Below, piece by piece: positions 52,803 to 64,000 of a stretch of DNA of 64,000 nucleotides. The notes under the pieces are model-generated. The model did no database searches. It saw only the letters and a list, made by a program, of their open reading frames with translations, and was not told the DNA's origin. The translations under genes and the position numbers were made by a program. The number at the start of each line of letters is the position of its first letter. Position 1 is the first letter of the stretch. Source of the stretch: Mobula hypostoma (lineage: Eukaryota); contig NC_086097.1 in NCBI RefSeq assembly GCF_963921235.1, forward strand, positions 97,962,001 to 98,026,000, written 5' to 3'.

Positions 52803-53215
52803 TTAATTAAAGCACCCAACTCCGGGGTCTGTACTAATTTTGGACATTTTATACACAATGATATTTTTATCATCTATCCTGTCAACCACCTGGCAATTAA
52901 AATATTGAGGCAGAAGCTGCTTGTGAAAAGAGGACGAGCCATTCCTCTTCCGCAATTCGGAAGAGAGGTAAATTGTGGCTCTGTGGCTGGCGAGGTGTCG
53001 CAATGTGTCCATGAGTGCCGGGTAGCTCACTGAGCTGTAAACAATATCGGAACCCAGGATGAAGTCATAGTCGGAGGGAAAGCTCGTGTGGTCTTCACCC
53101 CAGGTCAGAGCACGGACCTTTACACGGTGCCTGCAGGCAGAGGGGATGTTGATGGAGACATTGTTTTCTATTTGCTTCAGGATGCTTGGCTTATCGGTCA
53201 CAGTCACCTCTCCAC
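52803..53215 (-). CDS. EEF1AKMT3: Last coding exon of an EEF1A lysine methyltransferase 3-like (METTL21B-like) gene; upstream exons not found in the window
   Basis: Polypyrimidine tract and CAG|GT GGA give (G)GEVTVTD..VRALTWGEDH..YDFILGSDIVY..TIYLSSELR..LLPQYF, with post-I, L.WG and DxxY motifs. Orthology versus paralogy is not established. Confidence 0.82.
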
Positions 53216-53744
53216 CTGACCAAGAGAGAAAAAAAGATCCATTTCTATTCGCCCTTAATTATCGTGATCACAGAAAGAACAGTGCAAGAAATCTGGGTAG
53301 AGTTCAATCTTATTTCGGGAGACAGTAGCATTGCTTATTGTTTTAAAACTAGCACAGCACAAAGGCCAAATAGCTGGGGAATCTAATAGTCTTTCCTACA
53401 TTCTGTTTCTCAAAAAACCGACAGAGAGCGACCCCCTAAAATAATGGAACACGGAATAGGCTCATGAAGAGAGTGATGCAAGTCCAGCCTTTCCCGTCAA
53501 TACAGGGCAGGGCACGTTAACAAATTATCTGTACAGCTACACATGACTTGACAGCGCACTGTTGCCGTCGAGCAATCTAAATAAAGCAGCACTAGACCCG
53601 ATTGATTGCGGTTTCGTCTGCAGAGGAAACTGACACGCTAAAGGGATTTAACCGCCTCCACAGTGTGTTCCCCGCCCCGCAAAACCAGTAATAATCCGCA
53701 GTCTCATCAGTTTACATGTCCATAGAAGAAGAGGTCCCCTGGTA

Positions 53745-55091
53745 CTAGGTTTCCCCCGCCATCCGAAGGTAGAGCGTTCCTATGAAACGGTTCGTAAGCC
53801 GAAATGTCGTAAAGCGAAGAAGCAATTATCATTTATTTATATGGGAAAATTTTGTGAGCGTTCGCAGACCCAAAAATAACCTACCAAATCATACCAAATA
53901 ACACATAAAACCTAAAATAACAGTAATATATAGTAAAAGCAGGAATGATATGATAAATACACAGCCTATATAAAGTAGAAATGCTTTTCTGCAGCACTGT
54001 CTAGCGCAGCAAAAATCTCACGGAAGCGCTCTCAGCAGAAACACTCTCTCCAGTAACCTTTAAGCTATGAAGCTGCCAAATCATACCAAATAACACATAA
54101 AAATACACAGTCTATATAAAGTAGAAATAATGTATGTACAGTGTAGTGTCACTTACCGGAATTGGGAAGACTCCAATAAATTGCAGTTTCGTCACAGTTA
54201 AACACTTGCTTATACGAATAACCACCTGACACAATTGACAATTGCCTCTGATCTGGGCTGACGTTTACGTGCCAGGTGGTACCTAATTAATTAGCTTGTT
54301 TATTTCGGCTTTTTTCTTAAAGATGTGCTGGGTGCGTTCCGACTATTACTGCACTACTACATTCTTTGAGGCCACGTATCGGTTCGTGGCCCGGAGGTTG
54401 GGGACCACTGCTTAAACTATAAAGCTGCCCTCACCTCAGAAACCGATCAAACCACCCATGACTACCTTTAAATTCCACTTTCGCAACACTTTCATCACCA
54501 TCGTCCAGTGCTTTCTGTTTCAGCTTATTAAAAAGACTGACTGATTTCTCTTTAAGTATAAGAAAACTTAACGGAACACTATGCTTTGTACACCCATCAA
54601 TCCACTCAAGCAATAGACTTTCCATTTTATCCATTATTGGATACCGACTAAGAGAGACCATTTTGCTACGAGCAGAGCCAACAGTAACATCGGCAGCTTT
54701 CAAAGTTATTTCTCTCTGTGTATAAATAGTGCGAATGGCAGACGCAGGCAAGTTCAATGCACGGACAATGTCCTTACTTCGTTCGCCACGATTGAAATGC
54801 TTAATTATGTCTAGACTTACGCTAAGTGTAATACCCTTACGAGCTCTTTTAAGCTTTTCCGATACCTCAGAACTCATCTTGGTCACGGATGCACAAAATA
54901 AATCGAGATAAAGCACGTGTTTAAGCGCAGGCTAGAATGCAGTTCCGGGGGAGAGCGGCTGCTCAGGGTGCGCGCTGCCTTTTTTCGTAACAGTGAAAAC
55001 ACCTTCTGTTAGCGAAAACAGGTGACTAATGTAGGACTTTCGTAACAGCGACGTGTCGTAAAGCGAACGTTCGGAAAACGGGGGCCACCTG
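53745..55091 (-). mobile_element. Tigger/pogo-like DNA transposon, internally deleted
   Basis: Imperfect terminal inverted repeats (AGGT..CCCCCG....CCGAA) flanked by TA; carries the transposase N-terminus. Confidence 0.85.
54431..54877 (-). pseudogene. Truncated pogo/Tigger transposase (psq-type and CENP-B-type HTH domains, no DDD domain)
   Basis: MSSEVSEKLKRARKGITLSVSLDII..MESLLLEWID..ILKEKS..FKGSHGWFDRFLR*. Confidence 0.85.
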
Positions 55092-55443
55092 TAAACAATA
55101 AGGTACAGGATTATTACAAGGTAGATTGTGAGGTCAGTGGTCCATTTTATTGTATAAAGTGTCTGTTCAAGAGTCTGATAACTGCAGGATGGAAGCTGTC
55201 CTTGAGCTCAATGGAATGTGCTTTCAAGTTTTTGTATCTTCTGCTCAATGGGAGATGGGAGAAGAGAGAGTGTTCAGGGTGAGATGGGGTCGATGATTGT
55301 ACTGGCTGGTTACTGAGGCAGTGAGATGTAGAGCAGAGACTGGTTTCCGTGATGTTCTGAGCTGTATCCAGTTTCTTGCCAGACTAATGCTAGAAGTCTC
55401 TCTGAAATTGTGTTGCTTGGAGGATGATGAACTGCACATTCTT

Positions 55444-56850
55444 CACACACAAGAGAAAACTCGCGCATGCTGGAAATCCTTGCAACGCACACAAGATGCT
55501 GGAGGAACTCAGAGCATCTGTGGAAAAAAGTACAGTCGATGTTTCGGGCCATTGGGACTGGAAAAAAAAAGATGAGTAGTCAGCGTAAGAAAGTGGGGGG
55601 AGGGGAGAAAGAACCACAAGGTGGAGGGGGGAGGAGTGAAATAAAGAGCTGGGAAGTTGATTGATGAAAGAGATACAGGGCTGGAGAAGCGGGGATCTAA
55701 TAGGAGAGGACAGAAGGCCGTGGAAGAAAGAAAAGGGGGGGGAAGGACCAGAAGAAGGTGATGGACAAGTAAGGAGATAAGGTGAGAGAGGGAAAGGGGA
55801 TGGAGAGTGGTGGAGGAGCTGTGGGGAAGGGGGGGGCATTACTGGAAGTTAGAGAAATCGATGTTCATGCCATCAGGTTGGAGGCTACCCAGATGGAATA
55901 TAAGGTGTTACTCCTCCACCCTAAGTGTGGCCTCATCGTGACAGTAGAGGAGGCCATGGATAGACATGTCAGAATGGGAAGTGGAATTAAAATGGGTGGC
56001 CACTGGGAGATCCCTCTTTTTCTGGTGGATGGAGTGTAGGTGCTTGGCGAAGCGGTCTCCCAATCTGTGTCTGGTCTCAACAATGTACAGGAGGCCACAC
56101 TGGGAGCACCGGATACAGTAGATGAGTCCAACAGACTCACAGGTGAAATGTCGCCTCACCTGGAAGGACTGTTTGAGGTCCTGAATGGTGGTGAGGGAGG
56201 AGGTGTAGGGGCAGATGTAGCACTTGTTCCACTTGCAAGGATAAGTGCCAGGAGGGAGATCAGTGGGGAGGGACATATGGACAAGGGAGACACAGGGAGC
56301 AATCCCTGCGGAAAATGGGGTGGTGTGAGGAGGGAAAGATGTGCTTGGTGGTGGGATCCCGTTGGAAATAGCAGCAGTTACGAGGAATTATGTGCTGGAT
56401 GCAGAGCCTGGTGGGGTGGTAGGTGAGGACAAGAGGAACTCGATCCCTGGTGGGAGAATGGAGTGAGGGCAGACCTGTGTGAAATAGAAGAGAAGCGATT
56501 GAGGGCAGTGTTGATGGTGGAGGAAGGGAAGCCCCTTTCTTTGAGGAAAGAGGACATCTCCTTCATTCTAGAATGAAAGCCTCATCCTGAGAGCAGATGC
56601 GGCAGAGATGGAGGAATTGAGAGAAGGGGATGGTAACAGGGTGGGAAGAGGTATAGTCCAGGTAGCTGTGAGAGTCCGTGGGTTTATAATAGACATCAGT
56701 GGATACACTGTCTCCAGAGATAGAGAGAGACAGAGTGAAAAAGGGGAGGAAGGTGTCGGAAATGGACCAGGTAAATTGAAGGGCAGGGTGGGAGTTGGAG
56801 GCAAAGTTGATGAAATTGATGAGCTCTGCATGGATGCAGGAAGCAGCGAG
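55444..56850 (-). mobile_element. Penelope-like element (RT C-terminus and GIY-YIG), degraded; hammerhead core deleted
   Basis: YYKPTDSHSYLDYTSSHP, IPFSQF..ICS, LIYCIRCSQCGLLYIVET; the 3' end at 55533-55560 keeps GCCCGAAAC but lacks CTGATGA. Confidence 0.9.
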
Positions 56851-56984
56851 AGGCTTGATGTAATGATCCCTGTAATCAGGGGACATCGATGAAGATTTGT
56901 TGGTTATGAAGTGATACATCATGGAATGAAGTCTTGCAGCCACTGAATTTTCACATCACGCGTTCTTTTACAGTAATCCTACGT

Positions 56985-57235
56985 GAATCCCATTGCGTTC
57001 ACCCCATCAACTCCCCCCCCCCCACCGATTCCACCACTCATATACACAATTGGGGCAATTTACAGTGGTCAATTAACCCAGCAGTCCACATATTCTTGGG
57101 ATTTGTGACGAAAGCAGACTATCTGGGGAAACCCTGGTCTGTCACAGGGAGCCGGTTGCAAACACTACACTTAAAGAGTCAGAGGTCAGAATTGAACCGA
57201 GGCTGATGAAGCTGTGAAGCAATAGCTGTGCCCAA
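56985..57235 (-). mobile_element. tRNA-derived V-domain SINE, degraded
   Basis: Minus strand has a B-box-like GGTTCAATTC followed by a V-domain-like GTGTTTGCAACCGGCTCCCTGTGAC..GGGTTTCCCCAGA..CACAAATCCCAAGA. Confidence 0.6.
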
Positions 57236-57446
57236 GGAACTTTTGAAAGGATTTTAAATGTTTAGTGGACGCTATCAGGAGGGAACATGGCGAGGCAGTA
57301 TGTAGTAGCATTGAGGTAGAGTAGTATAGGATATTGGAATGGAAAGGACAGATAGTAAATTTGTAGATGGTTGCAAAGTTGAGTCACTGCTGGGTGTAAT
57401 AGATTTCACAGGAGAGTGAAAGGCTTGATCTGGAATTCTGAGATGA

Positions 57447-58737
57447 GAAAATCTCACGCAAGCGCTGTCGGCATAAACGTGCTCTCCAGTAACCTTTAAA
57501 CTGTGAAGCTGCCAAATCTACCAAATAACATGTAAACATACACAGCCTATATAAAGTAGAAATAGTGTATGTACAGTGCAGTATCACTTACCGGAATTGG
57601 GAAAACAGCCCAGAGCACACTGATGATGGTGTGTTAAGACTGGGTCGTCGCAGGCTGGGTGGTGCAGTGGCCCCCACCCTCCGGGCCGCCGACCCGATGC
57701 ATTGCCGCGAAGAACGCAGCAGTAGCTGGGAGTTACATAGCACATTGTTAAGAAAAAAGCCAAAATAAACATGCTAATTAATTAGGTGCCGCCGACACGT
57801 AATTGTCGGCCCAGATCAGAGGCGATGCAATCGGAAATCGGCACTGATCTGGGCCGACAATTACGTGTCGGCGGAACCTAATTAATTAGCATGTTTATTT
57901 TGGCTTTTTTCTTAAAGATGTGCTGTGTGCCTCCCGGCTACCGCTGTGTTCTTCGCGAATCGGTACAGTATCTGTCCGGGGCCCGGGTGTTGGGGTGGTG
58001 GGACACGGGGGTGTCATCTCATCATCGATCAGGGCAGGCAGCTCATCTTCTCCTATGACTGCCTGCCTCGATGTCGAAAGTCGAGGTTCATCGTCTGCTG
58101 TGGCTGATGTGGAAGGCTGGCTTGACTGCTGAGCCTCGCACATTTTTCTATCATACAGTTCTTTGTAAGTAATCAAACCATCCTGCAAATATCCCCTAAA
58201 CCTACGTACTCTTCAAGATTAAAGTCATACTTTATCATTGCAGCGAAAATCTCACGCAGTTGCTTCACTTTCTGCGTTCAGTTTCGATTGTTATCCTTTC
58301 CTCTTCCAATTGCATCAGCTCTTCATCCATCAGTTCTTGGTGATGGGATGCCAAAACCTCTTCAACATCACCTTCATCAGCTTCCACAAGCCAAACTCAC
58401 TTTGTCTTTGCTTCGTTCACCACGATCAAAATGCTTAATTATGTCTAGTTTTACACTAAGTGTAACACCCTTACTCTTTCAGGCTTTTCCGACACCTTAG
58501 AACTCATCTTGCTAATGGCTGCTCAATGCAACGTGTTTCAGCAACGCCGTTCCAAATCCGGGGCAGAGCGGCTGTTCGGGGCACGCTGCCTTTTATCGCG
58601 TGCTGATTTTTTATCGCGCGCTGCCTTTCTTCGTAACAGTGAAAACACCTTCTGAAAGCAAAAACAGGGTACTAATGTAGGTCTTTCGTAACAGTGAGGT
58701 TTCGTAAAGCAAATGTTTGAAAAGCGGGGGACACCTG
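57447..58737 (-). mobile_element. Second Tigger-like derivative (N-terminus fused to C-terminus; one end missing)
   Basis: Terminus GCGGGGGACACCTG|TA matches 55078-55093; shares subterminal sequence with 54010-54170; C-terminal LQDGLITYKELYDRKM remnant. Confidence 0.85.
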
Positions 58738-58999
58738 TAACTCCAGCTGCGGCTCTTATCAATCAATTTGAGAATTTCCATTATTGTGTTATGTAGAAGT
58801 AATATTTCAGCGCTGCTTGTCCTGGTAAAGCAGGTTCCTACAGGGAAGACCGATTGTTTACTCTGTCAGTGGTCAATCCGTTCTGGTTCTCCCATAATGT
58901 TCCCAGTTCAGTGTAGTGGTTCGATTTTTACCAATTTTGTTTTCTTGTTAACAAGAACGACAATATTTGAACAATTCGCATGAAATATTCATTTTTCTT

Positions 59000-61900
59000 T
59001 ACAACACTTCACAATGACTTTCCTTCACTCGCAAGGTCAGAAGGAAATGTGTTGGCTGATGTTCAGCATCTTTCGCAGCCGCTAGATAACGAAGCAGTAC
59101 ACACCCAAAATCCAGACAATTCTGAGGTCTGGGCCAGTAGGTGGCAAGTAACACTCGACAAATGTCAGACAATGGCAGTATTCGGCAAGAGCAAATCCAA
59201 CACGCCTCTCCTATTTGTAATGGCATTGTCAATAGACAATAGACAATAGGTGCAGGAGTAGGCCAATCAGTCCTTTGAGCCAGCACTGCCATTCACTGTG
59301 ATCATGACTGATCATCCACTATCAGTACCCAGTTCCTGCCTTCTCCCCATATCCCTTGACTCTGCTATCTTTAAGAGCTCTATCTAACACTTTCTTGAAA
59401 GAATCCAGAGAATTGGCCTCCACTGCCTTCTGAGGCAGAGCATTCCACAGAACCACAACCATCTGTGTGAAAAAGCTTTTCCTCAACTCCGTTCTGAATG
59501 GTCTACCCCTTATTCTTAAACTGTGGCCTCTGGTTCTGGATTCCCCCAACATCGGGAACATGTTTCCTGCCTCTAGCGTGTCCAATCCCGTAATAATCTT
59601 ATATGTTTCAATCAGATCCCCTCTCATCCATTAAATTCCAGTGTATACAAGCCCAGTCGCTCCAATCTCTCAACATATGACAGTCCCGTCATCCCGGGAA
59701 TTAACCTCGTGAACCTACGCTGCACTCCCTCAATAGCTAGAATGTCCTTCCTCAAATTTGGAGACCAAAACTGCACACAATACTCCAGGTGTGGTCGCAC
59801 CAGAGCCCTGTACCACTGCAGAAGGACCTCTTTGCTCCTATACTCAACTCCCCTGGTTATGAAGGCCAACATGCCATTAACTTTCTTCACTGCCTGCTGT
59901 ACCTGCATGCTTACTTTCAGTGACTGATGAACAAGGACACCTAGATCTCGCACTTCCCCTTTTCCTGAATTGACACCATTCAGATAGTAATCTGCCTTCC
60001 TGTTATTGCCACCAAAATAGATAACCTCACATTTATCCACATTAAACTGCATCTACCATGCATCTGCGCACTCACCCAACCTGTCCAAGTCACCCTGCAT
60101 TCTCATAACATCCTCCTCACATTTTACACTGCCACCCAGCTTTGTGTCATCTACAAATTTACTAATTTTACTTTGAATTCCTTCATCTAAATCATTAATG
60201 TATATTGTAAATAGCTGTGGTCCCAGCACCGAGCCTTGCGGTACCCCACTAGTCACTGCCCACCATTCTGAAAAGGACCCATTAATCCCTACTCTTTGTT
60301 TCCTGTCCGCCAACCAATTTTCTATCCATGTCAGTACGCTACCCCCAATACCACTTGCTCTAATTTTTCCCACTAACCTCCTATGTGGGACCTTATCAAA
60401 GGCTTTCTGAAAGTCCAGGTACACTACACCCACTGGCTTTCCCATGTCCATTTTCATAGTTACATTCTCAAAAAATTCCAGAAGATTAGTCAAGCATGAT
60501 TTCCCCTTCGTAAATCCTGCTGACTCGGACCTATCCTGCTACTGCTATCCAAATACGCCACTATTTCATCTTTTATAATTGATTCCAGCATCTTCCCCAC
60601 CACTGATGTCAGACTAACTGGTCTATAATTGCCTGTTTTCTCTCTCCCTCCTTTCTTAAAAAGTGGGATAACATCAGCTACCCTCCAATCCGCAGGAACT
60701 GATCCTGAATCTATAGAACATTGGAAAATGATTACCAATGTGTCCACGATTTCCAGAGCCACCTCCTTAAGTACCCTGGGGTGTAGTCCATCAGGCCCTG
60801 GGGTTTTATCAACCTTCAGTCCCATCAGTTTACCCAACACCATTTTGTGCCTGATGCAATTTTCCTTCAGTTCATCTGTTACCCTAGGTCCTCTGGCCAC
60901 TATTACATCTGGGAGATTGTCTGTGTCTTTCCTAGTGAAGACAGACCCAAAGTACCTGTTCAGCTTGTCTGCCATTTCCTTGTTACCCATAATAACTTCA
61001 CCCATTTCTGTCTTCAAGGGCCCAACTTTGGTCTTAACTAATATTTTCCTCTTCACATACCTAAAGAAGCTTTTACTATCCTCCTTTATATTCTTGGCTA
61101 GCTTACCTTCGTACCTCATCTTTTCCCCGCCGTATTGCCTTTTCAGTTATCTTCTGTTGCTCCTTAAAAGTCTCCCAATCCTCTGGCTTCCCGCTCATCC
61201 TTGCTATTTTATACTTCCCCTCTTTTATTTTTATACTGTCCTTGACTTCCCTTGTCATCCACGGTCGCCCCTTACTCCCCTTAGGATCTTTCTTCCTCTT
61301 TGGAATGAACTGATCCTGCACCTTCTGTATTATTCCCAGAAATACCTGCCATTGTTGTTCCACTGTCATCCCTGCTAGGGTATCTTTCCAGCCAACTTTG
61401 GCCAGCTCCTCCCTCATGGGTCCATTGTCCCCTTTGTTCAACTGTAATACTGACACTTCCGATCTTCCCTTCTCCCTCTCAAATTGTAGATTAAAACTTA
61501 TCATATTATGGTCACTACCTCCTAATGGCTCCTTTACCTCGAGTTCCCTTATCAAATCTGGCTCATTACACAACACTAAATCCAGAATTTCCTTCTCCCT
61601 GGTAGGCTCTAATACAAGCTGCTCTAAGAATCCATCTCTAAGGCATTCCACAAACTCCCTTTCTTGGGGTCCAGTACCAACCTGATTTTCCCAGTCTACC
61701 TGCATGTTAAAATCCCCCATAACAACCGTAGAATTACCTTTGCGACATGCCAGTTTTAACTCTTGATTTAACTTGCACCCTATATCCAGGCTACTGTTTG
61801 GGGGCCTGTAGATAACTCCCATTAGGGTCTTTTTGCCCTTACAGTTTCTCAGTTCTATCCATACTGACTCTACATCTCCTGATTCTATGTCCCCCCCTCG

Positions 61901-62985
61901 CAAGTGACTGAATTTCATTCCTCACCAACAGAGCCACGCCACCCCCTCTGCCGACCTGTCTGTCCTTTCGATAGGATGTATACCCCTGAATATTCATTTC
62001 CCAGCCCTGGTCCTCTTGCAGCCATGTCTCTGTTATTCCCACAACATCATAATTGCCAATTTCCAGCTGAGCCTCAAGCTCATCCACTTTATTTCTTATA
62101 CTCCGTGCATTCATATATAATACTTTAAATCCTTTAAAGTAATACTTTTACTCCCCTCACCTTTCACATCGATTCCTATTGCACTTTGCCATACTTTGCA
62201 ACCCATCCCTTCTATACAATTCATCCTTACCCCAAAACAGATCCCAGTGGTCCAAGAATCTGAATCCCTGCTCCCCACACCAGCTCCTCAGCCACACATT
62301 CAAATCCCCTATTTCCCTGTTCCTGCCCTCACCAGCACAAGGAACTGGAAGCAAACCAGAGAATTTGAATCCCTCACCACTTAATATCCTTGGGTTTACA
62401 CTTGATAAGAGGCGGAACCGAAGGAACTATATACGCCAAGTGGCCACAGACGCAAGTTGGAAGTTGGGGATCTTCTGCTTAGTAACTCAGCTCCACATTC
62501 CCCAAAGCCTGTCCACTACCTACAAGGTTTGTGTCAGGAGACTCTTCACTTGCCTGGATGATCTTCAACATCATTCACACCATGCAGAATAAAGCAGCCC
62601 ATTTTGAAAGTACCCGTCCACAACTATTCACCCAGTCCACATCCAATGCACAGCAGCGACTGCAGTCTGTACCGTCTGCAGGATGCACTGCAGTAATTCT
62701 CCAAGACTCCTGAGCCTTTTGCAAACCCACGACCGCTACCAGCAAGAAGATCAAGGACAGCAAAAGCATGAAGTTGTCCTCCAGCCCACACTGCATCCTG
62801 ACTTTTAAATATATCATTATTCCTTCACAGTCACTGGGTCAATATCCTGATACTCCCTCAGTAGATTGTGAGACTGTGTGCATAACCACGACCTGGTTAC
62901 TTCAGTGCCAATTTCTCAAACACAGTTAGGAATGGACAATTAAATGTTTGCTCTGCCTGCGAAGCTCACATCAATTAAAACAAAA
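59000..62985 (+). mobile_element. Older CR1-like LINE (59000-59229 and 62366-62985) split by a younger CR1
   Basis: WASRWQVTLDKCQTM on the left continues as NILGFTLDK..YIRQVA..LSTTYK on the right. Confidence 0.65.
59230..62365 (-). mobile_element. CR1 LINE with full-length frameshifted ORF2 and ORF1 esterase fragment
   Basis: ORFs 62157-62354 (WLRSWC..FLDHWDLFWG..DGL), 61839-62114 (NARSIRNK..ITETW), 61103-61918 (GDFN, GSDH), 60490-61119, 60053-60493, 59624-60052, 59322-59627; (CTATTGT)n tail. Confidence 0.96.
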
Positions 62986-63747
62986 GAGAGCACATGAAGT
63001 TTCTTGCCGTATTTCGTTTCACATGTCCCACGGGTAGGGTCAGTCCTCATTTACGAGCGAGGGTAGAGAAGGAAGAGGGTGGTTAGGAATCTCTCTCCTT
63101 TCTTGCAACATTTCAGCCGCCAGAAATTTGTTCGTCTAAATTCTACAATTAAAATTATTATGATATTGCGCTAAAGTCAATTTCATATTCAAAATACTGT
63201 TAATGTAAACTTGAATCAAATATTGCTGGATTGTTTTGTGCTTTAAATAATCCCAACTGGTCAGAACCCGATGTACAGTATGTTTTAAAATTTATTTGCC
63301 AGATTTAACCCGCATTTCTTTTTCCCCTTGTTTGTGGCCCTTGACAAGGTGGTGGAGAGTAGCCTTCGTGAACTTTTGCAGAACCTCTGGTGATGGACAT
63401 AGACACAGCAGTGGTGGAAGAATGGCAGTGAACCAGATAGTACTTGGTCCAGACACAGCCTGAACTTGCACCTCTTGTTATTCAGACAGATATATTTATT
63501 TTTTGGACTCTGGCAGTCCAGCCATTCTGCAAAGCTTGAGCAGTGCATGGTGGGTGACCATGCCACAGATACTGATCCTTAAAACCCTCCCCTTGGATAA
63601 CACAAAGGCCATAGGACTTAGGAGCAGAATTAAGCCATTTGCCCCGTCAAGTCTGCTCCACCATTCCATTATGGCTATTCTGTCTCTCAACACCATTCTC
63701 CTGCCTTGTCCCATAACTGTTGACACCCTTAATAATCCAGAAACTAT

Positions 63748-64000
63748 CAACACTCACAACACGCTGGAGGAACTCAACAGGTCGGGCAGCATCTGTGGAA
63801 ACGAACAGTCAACGTTTCGGGCCGAGACCCTTCATCAGAACTGAAGAGGAAGGGGGCAAGGGCCCTATAAAGAAGGTGGGAGGAGGGTGGGAAGGAAAAG
63901 GCTGGTAGGTGCCAGGTGAAAAACCAGTGAGGGGAAAGATAAAGGGGTGGGGGAGGGGATGAGCAGGAAAGGTGAAGAAGGAATAGGAGAAAGCACAATG
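63748..64000 (-). mobile_element. Penelope-like 3' end (continues beyond window), inserted in a CR1 tail
   Basis: Same terminal sequence as 12993-13150 and 3243-3296. Confidence 0.8.
63806..63843 (-). ncRNA. Minimal type I hammerhead ribozyme (predicted)
   Basis: CAGTT-CTGATGA-A-GGGT CTCG GCCC-GAAAC-GTT-GACTG: 5-bp stem I, 4-bp stem II with tetraloop, palindromic AACGTT, GUU triplet. Confidence 0.75.

Noticed and set aside
53216..64000. Upstream exons of the methyltransferase (ELGAGTG motif I)
   Set aside because: Not found by eye; the region is mostly repeats, so the exons are probably beyond the window.

Overview
Eukaryotic, repeat-rich vertebrate DNA. The repeat complement (CR1 LINEs, V-type SINE, Penelope-like elements, Rex1/Babar, Tigger-like) points to a cartilaginous fish, probably a ray; this is an inference. 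Two host genes lie on the minus strand. The first is a complete 4-exon RPUSD2 pseudouridine synthase (42124-41893, 40662-40448, 37808-37512, 14911-14270; 461 aa; all introns GT-AG). The second is the last coding exon and probable 3'UTR of an EEF1AKMT3/METTL21B-like methyltransferase (53215-52803). RPUSD2 intron 3 (22.6 kb) is mostly a ~20-kb 48-bp minisatellite with higher-order structure and a 200-N gap. The rest is nested mobile DNA: CR1s, a degraded endogenous retrovirus with env and 3' LTR, solo LTRs, RTE, L1, two Tigger/pogo derivatives and several Penelope-like elements. Most notable: (1) minimal hammerhead-ribozyme motifs and perfect fold-back hairpins at Penelope ends; (2) the minisatellite seems to have grown out of a CR1 3' tail, and on the pre-mRNA strand its consensus has no AG but carries branch-point/QKI-like motifs in each unit; (3) possible G-to-A hypermutation in the ERV env. 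All family calls come from motif recognition by eye; no database searches were run.
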